This document shows, piece by piece, positions 12,951 to 25,653 of a stretch of DNA of 64,000 nt (position 1 is its first letter; the number at the start of each line of letters is the position of its first letter). Position numbers and translations under genes: made by a program. Origin of the DNA: Octopus sinensis (Eukaryota); assembly GCF_006345805.1 (NCBI RefSeq), contig NC_043000.1:25358001-25422000 (forward strand), read 5' to 3'. Under the pieces are notes generated by a model, which did no database searches, was not told the origin of the DNA, and saw only the letters and a program-made list of their open reading frames with translations.

Positions 12951-13891
12951 ACATAAATATATAAAGCAGATGTACTCGAAGTACGACCATTGCTAGAAAT
13001 AGCAGCCGGTAAGTTTTCGGCGCTATGTAGAGCTTCACTGAATATTTGGTCGTTCATGATAGACTCAACTGACGATAACCAATCAGATTCGCACTCACGC
13101 ACGTGATTTCAAGAGTTTGATCCTGCATTATTGAGTTATCCTTTATTCCTCTAACGGTCTCCGTAGAGATAAGACAGAATGACCACTGGAGGTGCATTTT
13201 TGTGGATCAAGAAGAATCTTTGATTAAACATTGATCCGTGTTATCACAAGTCAATTCGCGATAAATGCAATATGGTTCACGACTGAGCGTACTGTATTAT
13301 CTCGGATCAGTATTGAATGAATCCGTGATAAACAAGAATAGATGTATTTAATCTGAGCTTTGATTTCCGCTGGCTCAAACCAACCAATGAAAACTTCTTT
13401 CACAGTCGTTGGCCTTTTTAAGGAAATATTTTTTGAGTCGAACATCTATAAATATCTCGCTTTCATTTGTGTTAAAAGTTATTTTTTCTCATTGCCTTAT
13501 ATACCAGTTGTTCTGTCTTGCCATTAATTTTTTTTTTTTTTACAAACATCGTTGTGTAATTAGAGATTGGTTACTGGAATCTATTTGTGCTAAAATGGTT
13601 TATTGTTTCAAACTTGCGCTGCAAATAACTAAAAAGTCTCAGAATTACAAATATTAGTAGAATTACGTAATTTCCACACTAACAAACCACCTCAAATATT
13701 TCAAATATGTCTTCGTGTTGGTTTCGTAAAAAAGAACTGTTTACATCTGATATTTCGTAAAAATAGCAGACCAACGCAAAGAAAACTAAATAGAAGCAAA
13801 AATGCGAACCTGCAACGAAGACTCTTGGTGGTCCTTCAACATGTTAAAAATAGCAGCCAAATATAACAAATAATATCTTTAAAAAGTAATA

Positions 13892-14114
13892 TACGAGGAA
13901 CTGGTGAAAAGTTCCTGGCTTTGGGTAAAAATAAAAAATACAGAAGTATCTGCTAATTATGATTTTATTCAACATATTCCCCTCTCGTATTTACGCAGTT
14001 ATTGAATCGGTCCCTTAGTTTTTCTAAGCCCTGCAAAAGAACTCAGAAGTTGGGCCTCCGACCAGACCTTTCGCGACACCTTTAAAGCCAATAACTTTTC
14101 AGCACCCCGTCGTA
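13892..14114. mobile_element. Mariner-derived MITE (223 bp)
   Basis: Imperfect TIRs TACGAGGAACTGGTGAAAAGTTCCTGGCTTT and AAAGCCAATAACTTTTCAGCACCCCGTCGTA; TA at both ends. Confidence 0.75.
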
Positions 14115-14510
14115 AAAGGGAATGTGGGGCTGAGGTGGGCTGGAAGTATAGGGTCAGTGACGTCACACGGTTGAGTGGTCTTTCCGGAAAGAGAGGAGCG
14201 AGGTAGGTCATGTGAACGGAAGGATGACGAGAATGGGTCTCTCTGGTTTTGGGTTTATTGCTTGGAATAGATGCGGTGGCTGTGTGAGTTGAGGAAATTT
14301 GCAATTAAGGTCTGGCCAGAAGCAGATAGGGTCTCTATGGATGTATCCCGGCTGGAAAGGATCGACATTACAAGAGGACCAGCGAGGTAGGGGAATCACG
14401 CTTCTTCCCCATATTACAGGAAGAGATAGTCACGGCTGGATTGCTTTGACTATAGGTTTGCTTGATCGTGACTGTCATGGGGCAAAACAACAACAAAACA
14501 ACAACAACAG

Positions 14511-14563
<53 letters not shown>

Positions 14564-14689
14564 GCTGCTGCTTCTACAATGAAAACAATAAAAACAAAAG
14601 TAACAATAAAGACAACAAAAACTGCAACAACAACAAAACGATAAAATAATAAAGTATCCTACCAACCGTTCAACTTGCTGCTGTAACTA

Positions 14690-14896
14690 TTAAAATATTG
14701 GTTTCAAAATTTGACACAAGGCCAGCAATTTCAAGGTGGGGAATAAGTCGGTTACATCGACTCCTGTGCTTGAGTGGTGCTTATTTCATCAACCCTGAAA
14801 GGTAATGTCGATATAGGCGGAATTTGAACTCAGAACGTGAAGAGGACCAAATGCCACGGAGCATTTTGGGCTAACGATTCTACCAGATCACCGCCT
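14690..14896 (-). mobile_element. tRNA/Meta-like SINE, tail type B
   Basis: Head GGCGGTGATCTGGTAGAATCG; tail AAATTGCTGGCCTTGTGTCAAATTTTGAAACCAATATT, homologous to 56745-56945. Confidence 0.7.
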
Positions 14897-15330
14897 TGAA
14901 GCTATTAAAAATAATAGATTAAGTTGGGGACTTGACAGAGTCGTTAGAAAGTCGAGCAAAATATGATGTACAGTTCTATTTTAAGAGATGAGGAATTATT
15001 TACATTATTTTCATTTGATGGATATTTGTCCTCATCTTGTTTGTTGAAAATATGATGTGGTATTTATTCAGGCTCCCTGCATACTGCATCCAATTCCCAC
15101 CGAGAGTTAACTTCACCATTTATTCTTCTGAAGTCGATAAATAAAGTACCTGTTTAAGGTGGTTGACTAGCGGAATCGGTAGAACATCATAGAAGATGCC
15201 TCGTAATCTTTATTCTGGCCCTTTATGTTCTGAGATCAAATCCTGTCATTGCCTACTTAAGTGGGTACACTTAATCCGTCCCTCGGTTTAAAATTCTTAT
15301 ACTTTGTACTCGCGGTGGCATCCACACGGA

Positions 15331-15880
15331 GTGCGAAAATTGTTTTCCCACGGGTGTTCCGGACCCCAATTATGAACTCATTTGTATACAGCCAATCAGA
15401 GCTCATCTATCAAACTAACTTATGAGCCCATGACAAGTGATGGGCGATAAGATAAGATCACTTGGATACGGAATGACTATGCTTCTTTTCTCTTTTAATA
15501 ATGCTTGTTGTTCTTGTTCCTGTTTCAATCATGGCTGCCTCTGCGTAGTTATTTGTGTTGTTGTTTACTTTGTAAAACAGTAAGGGGAGAGGGTTGCTAG
15601 CACATCACCACATTTTCCCCATCCACATCTTTACCATATGGGGCCCCTAACAAAAATCCGATAATATGTATAGATGCAAATCTGTTTAATTACTTGTCTC
15701 CTTCTAAAATCAGGCATAACTTGGTGGCGATCGGTCGACTTACAACACCGTTCTTCGTTTTGAGTTTACTTGGTAGAGTGTGTTTGTTAACTTGACACGG
15801 TCAAGGTGAGTTCTGATTGGCTGTATGCAAATGAGTTCATTGCTGAGGTCCGGAACCCTCGCGGGAAAAAAAATTCGCAC
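15331..15880. mobile_element. Element with ~75-bp imperfect inverted arms, each carrying CCAAT and octamer motifs (probable non-autonomous DNA transposon)
   Basis: 15331-15405 vs reverse complement of 15807-15880; inner 34 bp match at 32/34. Confidence 0.6.
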
Positions 15881-17356
15881 CTGGAGTGTTTTGAGCCGGC
15901 TCCGACCAGCGAATTCACCAGCTCCCTCGGGAATGCTGACCACATCCGACCGTCGTCCCTAACGTTCCAGCAGGTAAAGCAATGTTTCTGCCTGTCGCCC
16001 AAAAATCCAGCTTGCAAAATTGACAAATGCTCCACAGGTGGAGCAAGCAGGTCGAATAACGCGGACGCCGTGCCGTAATCGTCGTTCACTCTTGAGGCGA
16101 AGAGTTCATTTTTGGGGTTTCAGTGGAAATAAAAGTTCATACATGGTCCCTCGTCACATGCACACACTCTTTGGGATAGTGCGATCCGTGGCAGCTCATC
16201 TTGCTGTTGGTTGTCAACTGTCACAGATGACCTGCTGACCAAGTCACCACCAATTATTGGAGAAGATGTAGACTGGGTTTGAAATGGATGAAATGGAAAG
16301 AACTTGAAAATGAACTGAACAATGTTTTTGTTTGTTTGTAAGAAAAGAAATAGACCCGGACAAGAAAAAACTAGAAAAACGGTACGGGGTGAAACCAAGG
16401 GACCATGTATTTTTCGAAAGACTATAAGAAGAGGGCATAAGGAAAGAGGACAGGTAAGTGATGTTATCCGATGGAGCGGGTAGCATCACTTTCATCTTTC
16501 ATTTTCACCCTCTCATTTTTATCATACGTTTTTTTTTTGGGGGGGGGGGCTTTTATGACCCCAATGTGTTATTTGTTTCTTATCTTTGTCAACCCGTCCT
16601 GGGTAATAAAGGCATTTGAAATGGATGGTACACATGCTGGTTAACCCATAGCTGAGGTCCTGATGGATGTTGCTACTCTGGGTCAGAGTAGACCTGGGAA
16701 TAATAATGGCAAGAAGTGGTTCCTAACTTCTCAAAACCTTCTAACTTCAATACCAAGGCCCAACTATTGGATGGATGCAATTTAAAAACTTATCCGGCTT
16801 AACATCTCCACCTGTCACCTTTGTTGTAAACATTCGAGCCAAGTTTCCGATTCGAGAACACCTCTCTCTCTCTCTCTCCATCTATCTAACTATCTATCTA
16901 TCTCTATCTATCTGTCTCTCTATCTATCTCTTGCTCTCTCATTCACTCGCTCGTTCACTCTCATTCAATCACTCTTTCTTTCTCTGTCACTCAGTAACTC
17001 TCTCTCTCTCTCACTCTCTATCACTCACTCAGTCACACTCTTTCACTATCTCTTTCTCTCTCTCTCTCTCTCTCTCTCCCTCCCCCTCTCTCTCTCTCCC
17101 TCATCAGTCTCAGCGGTGCTGAAGATAAAAGATATTTAACACAGTTCTTCCTTTTAACCAGTAAAGAGATATAGAAAAAGGAACTTGATATATTTCTCAC
17201 ATTTCTCACGAGTTCAGTGAGAAAATGGGAATTCTTTAATGATATCCATCCATTTCTGAAAGACATTGGAACATCAGAGAGCTTAAAGGAGAATTGAAAC
17301 TGAAGTTGAGCAAGAACTTAACGCCAAACTTAATGTCAGATGTCGGTTTCTGTTAA

Positions 17357-17734
17357 TCTCTCTCTATATAAAGCTGAAGTTGTCTGTGTATGGCAGGTTT
17401 GGTAGCCTTCAACTAATACTATCTCCTCCGAGACCCTGCGGCGCAAGTTGACCAAAATTGAGAGTATGATAGAAGGCTTACTTCATTCTGTAGAAGAAAA
17501 AATTCAAATCGGACCGTGTTAACACCAAAAATTATTTACATCAAAAAGGTGCTAAAATCCCTATTTTTTTTACGATTTTTTGACTGCTGTGTCGCCATTA
17601 TTCGGTGTATTTCAACCAGAAAAATGTTCGCTTAAAGAGAATAAAAAGCAGCATAATGCAAAATTTTTACTTTCCAAAAATACAAATTCTAAAGGGTCGA
17701 AACAAACCCGAGCAACACCGGGCGATACTGCTAG
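17357..17734 (+). mobile_element. Non-autonomous Helitron, family B
   Basis: A|TCTCTCTCTATATAAAG ... CCCGAGCAACACCGGG hairpin ... CTAG|T; homologues at 30075 and 33792. Confidence 0.85.
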
Positions 17735-18029
17735 TCTATAATAAATTAGTAACAATCTCAGACGTATAAGGGTTTTCGAACTTTCCAGAGCAAATTATCA
17801 GGTTGCTGTGTGGTAAGAAGCTTGCCACTTCTGTTGGATCTACTTCATGGAGAATAACGCAGTGGCAAATAGGGTAATAATATTAATTAACAGGAGATGG
17901 ATTCGGTATTAGATCTTTATTGGGTACAACATATGTTCCAACCCATCAGTCTGGGTCTCACCAGATAGTGAGACATATATATCGATAAAGATATGTCCCA
18001 CTACAGATTTTTAGTGTCGGCTGACTTGT

Positions 18030-19311
18030 TGCTATATGTATGTATGAAATTTGTAGAAAAGAAAAGAGTTTACTAATGTTTTATAAATACAAGGAATAGT
18101 TTTATTCATCAAAGTATGCACCCATATTGTCAATACACTTTTGCCATTTTAGCGGTAGCTTGCCTAGCCCGGAACTATAAAAACCTGGCAATCTAGAGGC
18201 AATAAAATCTTGGAAGGCCTGTTTTACAGCGTCATCGGAATTAAAATTTTTTCATATCAAAAAGTTATCCAAGTTCTAGAAATGGTAGTCAGTGGGGGTA
18301 AGATCAGATGAGTATGGTGAATGATGGAGAACTTTCAACTCCAGCTCCTGTAGTTTCGCCAATGCCATTTTTGCAGTGTGTAGTCTGGCGTTGTCTTGCA
18401 ATAAAATAGGAGTGGATCTGTTTACTAATCTAGGCTGTTTTTTTTTTTTTGTAAGTTTCTGCATCATTTGGTCCAGCTGGCGGCAGTATACTTCGGCCGT
18501 GGTTGATGAGCCAGGTTTAATGAAATCATAATGGATAACACCTGCACCAGACCACCAAACACACACCATCAGTTTCTTTTGATGAATTTTGCTTTTTGGA
18601 CTGTGTTTTTCTGGCTCATCTTTGCCCAACCATTGTGCTGAACGTTTACGGTTGTTGTTTTGGATCCATTTCTCATCACGTTACAATTCGATTAAAAAAT
18701 TATTCATTTTTGTGACGAGAAAGTAACTTAATGCAGGCTTCCAAACGTTGCTGTTTCTGATTTTCATTGAGTTCATGTGGAACCCACTTATCCAACTTTT
18801 TCACTTTACCGATTTGAACTAGGTGAGTCAATATTGTTTGCTTGCTAACACCAAACAACAACGATAATTCATGGGCACTTTGAAATGGATCTGACTGGAC
18901 GGTGGCTTTCAGTTTATCGTTATCCACCTTTGTTTCTGGTCAACCGTGTTGCCCATTTGTGAGGTCAAAGTTACCAGAACGAAATTTTTCAAACCAATAT
19001 GATACTGTCTGTCGTGTAATAACATTAGAATGAAATACTCCATTAATATTCCGAGCTGTCAGTGATGCTGTATTTCCAAGAAAGAATTCATATTTCAAAA
19101 CTGTACGAATTTGCGACTTACCCATCTCTAAACAAAAACAGCAAAAAACGATTTATAAATACTTTATAAAGCACAAAATTAGTTAGAATAAAGAAATAGA
19201 TGTGTCAGCTTTCTAACAAAAAATATTGTTAAAATATAATAATGGTGCAAAATGAGCAGCTGTCAATGTTTACCATATGCCTTACTACAAATTTCATACT
19301 TGACGACCTAA
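18030..19311 (-). mobile_element. Full-length decayed mariner (~1.28 kb)
   Basis: Right TIR TA|TTAGGTCGTCAAGTATGAAATTTGTAG at 19285-19313; 15-bp inverted match GTATGAAATTTGTAG at 18042-18056. Confidence 0.85.
18100..19125 (-). pseudogene. Mariner DD34D transposase, frameshifted
   Basis: Fragments show an HTH N-terminus (WFEKFRSG), WVPHEL, DEKWI, LLQDNARLH and YSSDLTPTDYH. Confidence 0.9.
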
Positions 19312-19559
19312 TACGTATGTATGGATATATACACAAAAAATATATATATATATCAAATTTAGCTTGTTTATCCACATAATTGTCCCCATATCTAATCACC
19401 TTGATTCCTCTTAATGGCAGGCTTTATCCCCACAGAATTGGTCCCTTGTAAAGACATCGGAGTCTAAGTGCGAATCATTTGAGCGTTACAGTTTTCTACA
19501 CCGAAAATCTCTGGATCTCATCTGTGACTATATATACCGCGCGCGCGCGTGTGTGTGGT

Positions 19560-19738
19560 GTTTCTTTATTACCCACAAGGGGCTAAACATAGAGGGGACA
19601 AACAAGGACAGACAAACGGATTAAGTCGATTACATCGACCCCAGTGCGTAACTGGTACTTAATTTATCGACCCTGAAAGGATGAAAGGCAAAGTCGACCT
19701 CGGCGGAATTTGAACTCGGAACGTCTCTGCCAGATCAC
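19560..19738 (-). mobile_element. tRNA/Meta-like SINE, tail type A (LINE-shared tail), within (GT)n
   Basis: TTTCTTTATTACCCACAAGGGGCTAAACATAGAGG tail; internal deletion between two AACGT microhomologies. Confidence 0.85.
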
Positions 19739-19739
19739 A

Positions 19740-19770
<31 letters not shown>

Positions 19771-19771
19771 T

Positions 19772-19803
<32 letters not shown>

Positions 19804-20689
19804 GTGTGTGTGTGTGTGTGTGTAAGATATAAAAATTTTGCATGACTTAGAGGAGTAAAACCAATCAGCAGTCAGCGCCATTTTGAATCCCGCTGAGATT
19901 GGCGGAGTACGGAAAGGAAAGAATTTATCCTCATACGCAGGAACCAACCTGAATGCTTGCAATGCTGCAGAACCCCCCCCCCCCCGCCTGCCCTACATTA
20001 TATCAGCTTTGATGTACTGTCTGATAATAGAATTGCCTGGCCGCAGTCTAATGATTGAAGCAAGTAACAGATGCCTTTCGGGTACTACAGCTCTTCATTT
20101 CCGTTTAATCTTGCGCACACAAGAATGACAATGCATAACTTTAATTATAATTATTATGATTATAATTTTTTCTTACATATTTGTATTGACCTTTGAAACG
20201 CGCGTATGTAATGAATCCTATTTTGTATTAAATCTACTTTTGATTCAACGTCTTTTTCTATTCCATTTTTCTATAATTGTTTATGGTATATTTATACCTA
20301 TAACGATATTTTTCAACTACATAGAAATGTATGTGTGTGCATATGTCAGATATGCTCTAGTTAAATGAACACAGGCCAAGAATATAACCTCCTGCTGGGA
20401 CAGGAATATTTACCTTCTTTCAACAGCATCAGATATCAATCATTAAATATACCAATGAAATGATCATGTAAAACTACATAGATCTAATCAAGGCTGACAC
20501 ACACATATAACATTGTCAGCGAGCTAACAAGGTAGGGCCTACGTGCTGTTTCTTGCAACACAAGAGACCTGCAGAAATAGCAGCCAAATGTCTTTCACAT
20601 CACACCCTACAGTTTTAATTAAGGAAAGGATACATTAGCTAACATTATTCTATATACTCTTAAAAAGATAAGATGTCACCACTGGATTG

Positions 20690-21378
20690 TCTTTCATTAA
20701 AGACGAACGCGGCTGGTCACTGACGAAACACCGACAATATAGTGTAGGCGCAGAAGTGACTGCCTGGTAAAAAAACTCCCCCTCCACAGCATGGGAGGGG
20801 GAGTTTGTGATCCTCTTCCATAAGGGAAGGACATTGGAGAACTTCATCAAGAAGTTTAAAAGGAAGGGCCGAAGGGAGGGGATCCTGTCCTGCACGGAGG
20901 ACCCTGAATGGCCTTCGCAAGTGGCTGCGGAGGTCATATGGGAAACGGATCTGTGCTGGATAATGAACTCTTTCCCGGCGGACATTTTTGATTTTGTATT
21001 GATGCGGCTCGACTTGACACTGTGCAGGTGTTTGACCAAGGCGAGGAGTCTGGTCGGGCTGGAGGCTTTATAATCAATTAAAGTAAGAGGCTTGGTGCCT
21101 CATTTGTATTGATTTATAGTTTTTAGACTTATGTAAGAGGTTACTGCCTCATAATGGCTTTCTTGTGAGAGGTTTATTGCCTCCTTTATGTTTTGTTATG
21201 TAAGAGGTTTGTTGCCTCAATACGTATTTATAAAGAACAATGTGCTCGGGTAAACAGCAATCGGTGGGCGTTGCTGTTGCCCTCATTATTATCATATCGT
21301 CAATCATTCCATTTCATTATGTCCTTGTCCGGCCCGCAGCTTCCTTTGTAAGGCCCTTGTGGCCAATTGAATGAATAA
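20690..21378 (+). mobile_element. Probable L1/Tx1-like LINE, 3' fragment
   Basis: Open frame to 21073 (QVAAEVIWET resembles AKEAVWNT of the 58-63 kb LINE); 3' end GGCC-CTTGT-GGCC..AATAAAAGAA resembles the tail-A hairpin. Confidence 0.4.
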
Positions 21379-21540
21379 AAGAAGCTTGCTTTCCAACTAC
21401 CCGGTTCTGATCTCAGTCCCACTGCGTGGCACCTTGCGCAAGTGTCTTCCACTATACCCTCGGGACAACCAAAACCTTGTGAGTGGATTTGGTAGACGGA
21501 AATTGAAAGAACCCGTCGGATGTTTGTTTGTGTGTGTGTA
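21379..21540 (+). mobile_element. CORE-type SINE lacking its first ~25 nt
   Basis: Starts at AAGAAGCTTGC and continues into CAGTCCCACTGCGTGGCACCTTG and the core. Confidence 0.8.
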
Positions 21541-21561
21541 TGCGTGTGTGTGTGTGTGTGT

Positions 21562-21613
<52 letters not shown>

Positions 21614-22663
21614 TGTGTGTGTGTGTACAGCATTCAAAATATGTATTTTATCCTGTTAGGAACCAGAAAATATGTCATCCACGATTTATTGCTGATCTTT
21701 TATAAAGCATAAATCATACTTTTAATTAATTTTAGTAATTTCAGTCAATCTCTCCTGTTAAAGGGACTACGACGTTCCTGGCTACAGTTTTGATCAATGA
21801 CTTAGTTATTCGAATTAATTCCCCTCAAATAATCAATGATTAGTGAGCTGTTTTATGAAGAGGCATACCTAATCGCTGACAGCAACGGACACAGTCGAAG
21901 CAGCTTTCGCAGAACAGTTGTCCTCACGACTATCACTGACAGCACACAAAGCTTTGCCGTGAACAATAACCTGTAGTTAGTGATGATACACAGCAACCAA
22001 CACGGCTCACAGAGCTAGCAGTTTGATCACGTCCTTGCAACCAGACAGCTGTTTATAGTCAGTCTGTCACAACGTAGTCCAGAATTTTGTACGCCGAAAA
22101 CTTAATTTTATTACTTCCCACCATGCTTTCGTAGAGAGCACGTTCTAGGTGGATTCTATCATAATACTTGGATGGATAACTTATAAGCGCTTATCTACTT
22201 CACTGCTGACCAGTTTGGTTGCACACGCACACACACACGGGCGCGCACACTCGCATGCGTATACCTCTACACACACATATATGTGCATACATACATAGAA
22301 TTTTTTCTTTTTTATGTTATAGAGTTACTGCACAATATATATACATATATATATATCCATATATATATATATATAAATATATATACATACATACATATAT
22401 AGTATATTATAATATATAATATATATATATATATAATATATAAATATATATATCTATATATATATATATATATATATATACTATTCTATATCTATTATAT
22501 TGTATATATATATATAAATAATAAATAAAATATATACATCATCATATATGTACGTACCTACATCTACATGATATATCCTGCTATATAAATATATATATGT
22601 GAGTACAGGACACCACAAATAGACGTAGAACTCAACTAGAAACGAAACGTAAAAAAAACACAT

Positions 22664-22884
22664 GGAAACCGCCTTGAAGAATTTCAGAGAATATCTGTCG
22701 AATGAATCGATTACGGTACTTATTTTTTCTAAGTCTGGTGCTTATTTTATCGTTTTCTTTTGCTGAACTGCTAAGTTACGAGTACGTAAACACACTAACA
22801 ACGATTGCCAAGTGGTGATGTGGGACAAACGCAGACGCGCGCGCGCACACACTCACACAAAGATATATATATATATATATATTG

Positions 22885-22926
<42 letters not shown>

Positions 22927-23240
22927 TATATATATATAATATATATATACTATATATATATGTATAATATTGTATATATATATATATGTTGTGTGTGTGT
23001 GTATTTCACTTGTTTCAATCATTGGACTACAGCCATACAAGGAAACCGCCTTGAAGAATTTCAGAGAATATCTGTCGAATGAATCGATTACGGTACTTAT
23101 TTTTTCTAAGTCTGGTGCTTATTTTATCGTTTTCTTTTGCTGAACTGCTAAGTTACGAGTACGTAAACACACTAACAACGATTGCCAAGTGGTGATGTGG
23201 GACAAACGCAGACGCGCGCGCGCACACACTCACACAAAGA

Positions 23241-23246
<6 letters not shown>
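22664..23246. repeat. Exact ~206-bp direct duplication of a diverged SINE fragment (offset 377)
   Basis: 22664-22869 equals 23041-23246, including private mutations. Confidence 0.85.
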
Positions 23247-23289
<43 letters not shown>

Positions 23290-23304
23290 GGTATAGATAG
23301 ATAA

Positions 23305-23389
<85 letters not shown>

Positions 23390-23844
23390 GATAAAAGCAA
23401 GAAAAATAGATCTCAAAATATGAGTATATGTATATTTTCATTAATATTTAGCAGCAGCTACAGAGTGACTCAAGGGTCGAAAGTTTCATGTGTTGGCACT
23501 TATGTGATAAGTGCCAACACACGAAACTCTTGACCCTTGGCTCACACGACAGGCTTCTTTCAGTTTCTGTCTATCAAATCCACTCACAAGGCTTTGGTCG
23601 GCCGGAGGTGCTATGCAGTAGGACTGAACCCGGAGCCATGTGGTTGAGAGGTAAACATCCATACAGCCATGCCTATTCCTGCGACAGTCCTTCTAAAACA
23701 CTTTTCAACTCCGTCTCAGGACATTTCAGCGCATTTACAGTAACATTGCTTGACGACTGCCAACCGGATTTTTCTCAGTGAAACTAACTTATTGACAAAC
23801 AGAGAATATATTTTCCTATTCTGCGTTCATTATACAACAAAATC

Positions 23845-24282
23845 GGATCTTTTCGGTTTGAACGGCAGTTTTTAACATAATTTCTAGGTAACTAAAAAAT
23901 TTTACACTTCGTATACTGGTAGAATGTGTTTATAAAACATCTTTTTCTCTTGGCTTTATTGAGAAAATTCTATAGTTTGTAAGATATTTGTTGTTTTTTT
24001 CTTCACTTTCTGCAATTTCAACCAATCAGTGACGTCCATTGAGTAAAAAAAAACATTCTGTGCCGTATGAATATGTCCCTCGTTTAAGAAACAGATTGGG
24101 TTTATTTACATTTGTGAAGAAAAAAAGATACCTTTCCCCTCACCCCTAACCCTAACTAACTCTAACTAAACCTAACCCTAAAACAGATTGAAATGCAATA
24201 GATCGATACTAAGGTCATAATTATGGGTGACAATTTCATATGACACCGCTAGAAAAAACTGCCGTTCAAACCGAAAAGATCC
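23845..24282. mobile_element. MITE with perfect 29-bp TIRs
   Basis: GGATCTTTTCGGTTTGAACGGCAGTTTTT at 23845-23873 and its reverse complement at 24254-24282; flanks CAAAATC/CAATATC (possible 7-bp TSD). Confidence 0.85.
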
Positions 24283-24674
24283 CAATATCCACCTTCATCA
24301 ATTTATTCTGCATCTCGTTCTTCGCTTGAATCGAATATATTCTCCACACCAGTGGTTCCCAACTTGTGGTCCGCAAAGGTAACACTTGGGGTCTTGCAAC
24401 ACAATTTCTTTTCCTCAACAGTCCCTGCTCCATTTAACATTGTCCCGAAACAGATCAAAGAGAAGAAGGATCTCATCAATCATCTTTAAACGGAATCTGG
24501 ACAAATTTCTTCAACGAATACCAGATAACTCCCTACTCGAATGAACTATGATACCACAAAACTTGACTTAAAAAGGATTTAGCTAATCCTATCAGGTGGT
24601 GCTATTAAGTTAGACATGGCCTGGACCAATCTTTCGTCGAAACACATCCAAGTTATCTAAGTTATATATATAGG

Positions 24675-25085
24675 CGCATGAGTGGATGTGTGGTAAGTAG
24701 CTTGCTAACCAACCACATGGTTCCGGGTTCAGTCCCACTGCGTGGCATCTTGGGCAAGTGTCTTCTGCTAAAGCCCCGGGCCGACCAATGCCTTGTGAGT
24801 GGATTTGGTAGACGGAAACTGAAAGAAGCCTGTCGTATATATGTATATATATATATATATATAAGTGTGTGTGTGTGTGTTTGTGTCTGTGTTTGTCCCC
24901 CTAGCATTGCTTGACAACCGATGCTGGTGTGTTTACGTCCCCGTCACTTAACGGTTCGGCAAAAGCGACCGATAGAATAAGTACTGGGCTTACAAAGAAT
25001 AAGTCCCGGGGTCGATTTGCTCGACTAAAGGCGGTGCTCCAGCATGGCTGCAGTCAAATGACTGAAACAAGTAAAAGAGTAAACG
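24675..25085 (+). mobile_element. CORE-type tRNA SINE, full length
   Basis: Complete head, core and tail. Confidence 0.9.
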
Positions 25086-25095
25086 AGAGTATATA

Positions 25096-25260
25096 TATAT
25101 ATATTCTTTCAGTTTCCGTCTACTAAATCCACTCACAAGGCTTTGGTCGGCCCGAGGCTATACTAGAAGACACATGTCCAAGGTGCCACGCAGTGGGACT
25201 GAACCCGGAACCATGTGGTTGGTGAACAAGCTACTTACCACACAGCCACTCCTACGCCTA
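25096..25260 (-). mobile_element. CORE-type SINE, 5' half
   Basis: Head and core in reverse orientation, adjacent to the previous copy. Confidence 0.85.
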
Positions 25261-25513
25261 TAAAAGGGGTCTGTAGGAAAACTCATTTAAATTAAAAGGT
25301 TCCTTGGTCCTGCAACACAGTTTCTTTTGTTTATGCTTCCGTAACAGCGGTTCGTAAAACCTAAAAATTATACGAATATGCACTAGACCTTTTGGACGAT
25401 GTGACTGATTAAAACTCTTCGATGTCGTGCTCCAGCATGGCCGTTGTCCAATCTCTGAAACGAGTAAAAGAGTAACGAAACACCTTCGTTTCCGCGTTTA
25501 GTGATTTGACTTG

Positions 25514-25553
<40 letters not shown>

Positions 25554-25622
25554 TTCTCTTATTCGTCCTTCCCTCTGCTCCTCTTCCTCCTCTTCACTCT
25601 CTGTGTTTTCCTTTGTTCCTTC

Positions 25623-25653
<31 letters not shown>

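Noticed and set aside
14115-14445. GC-richer stretch resembling a LINE 3' region on the minus strand
   Set aside because: No diagnostic motif could be recovered in any frame.
16360-16470. ACAGGTAAGTGATG identical to the LINE inter-ORF spacer, with an open frame upstream
   Set aside because: The 14-nt match is mostly the generic splice-donor consensus, and the flanks show no recognisable homology to the LINE ORFs.
24138-24183. Interstitial telomere
   Set aside because: Degenerate and internal to a MITE.
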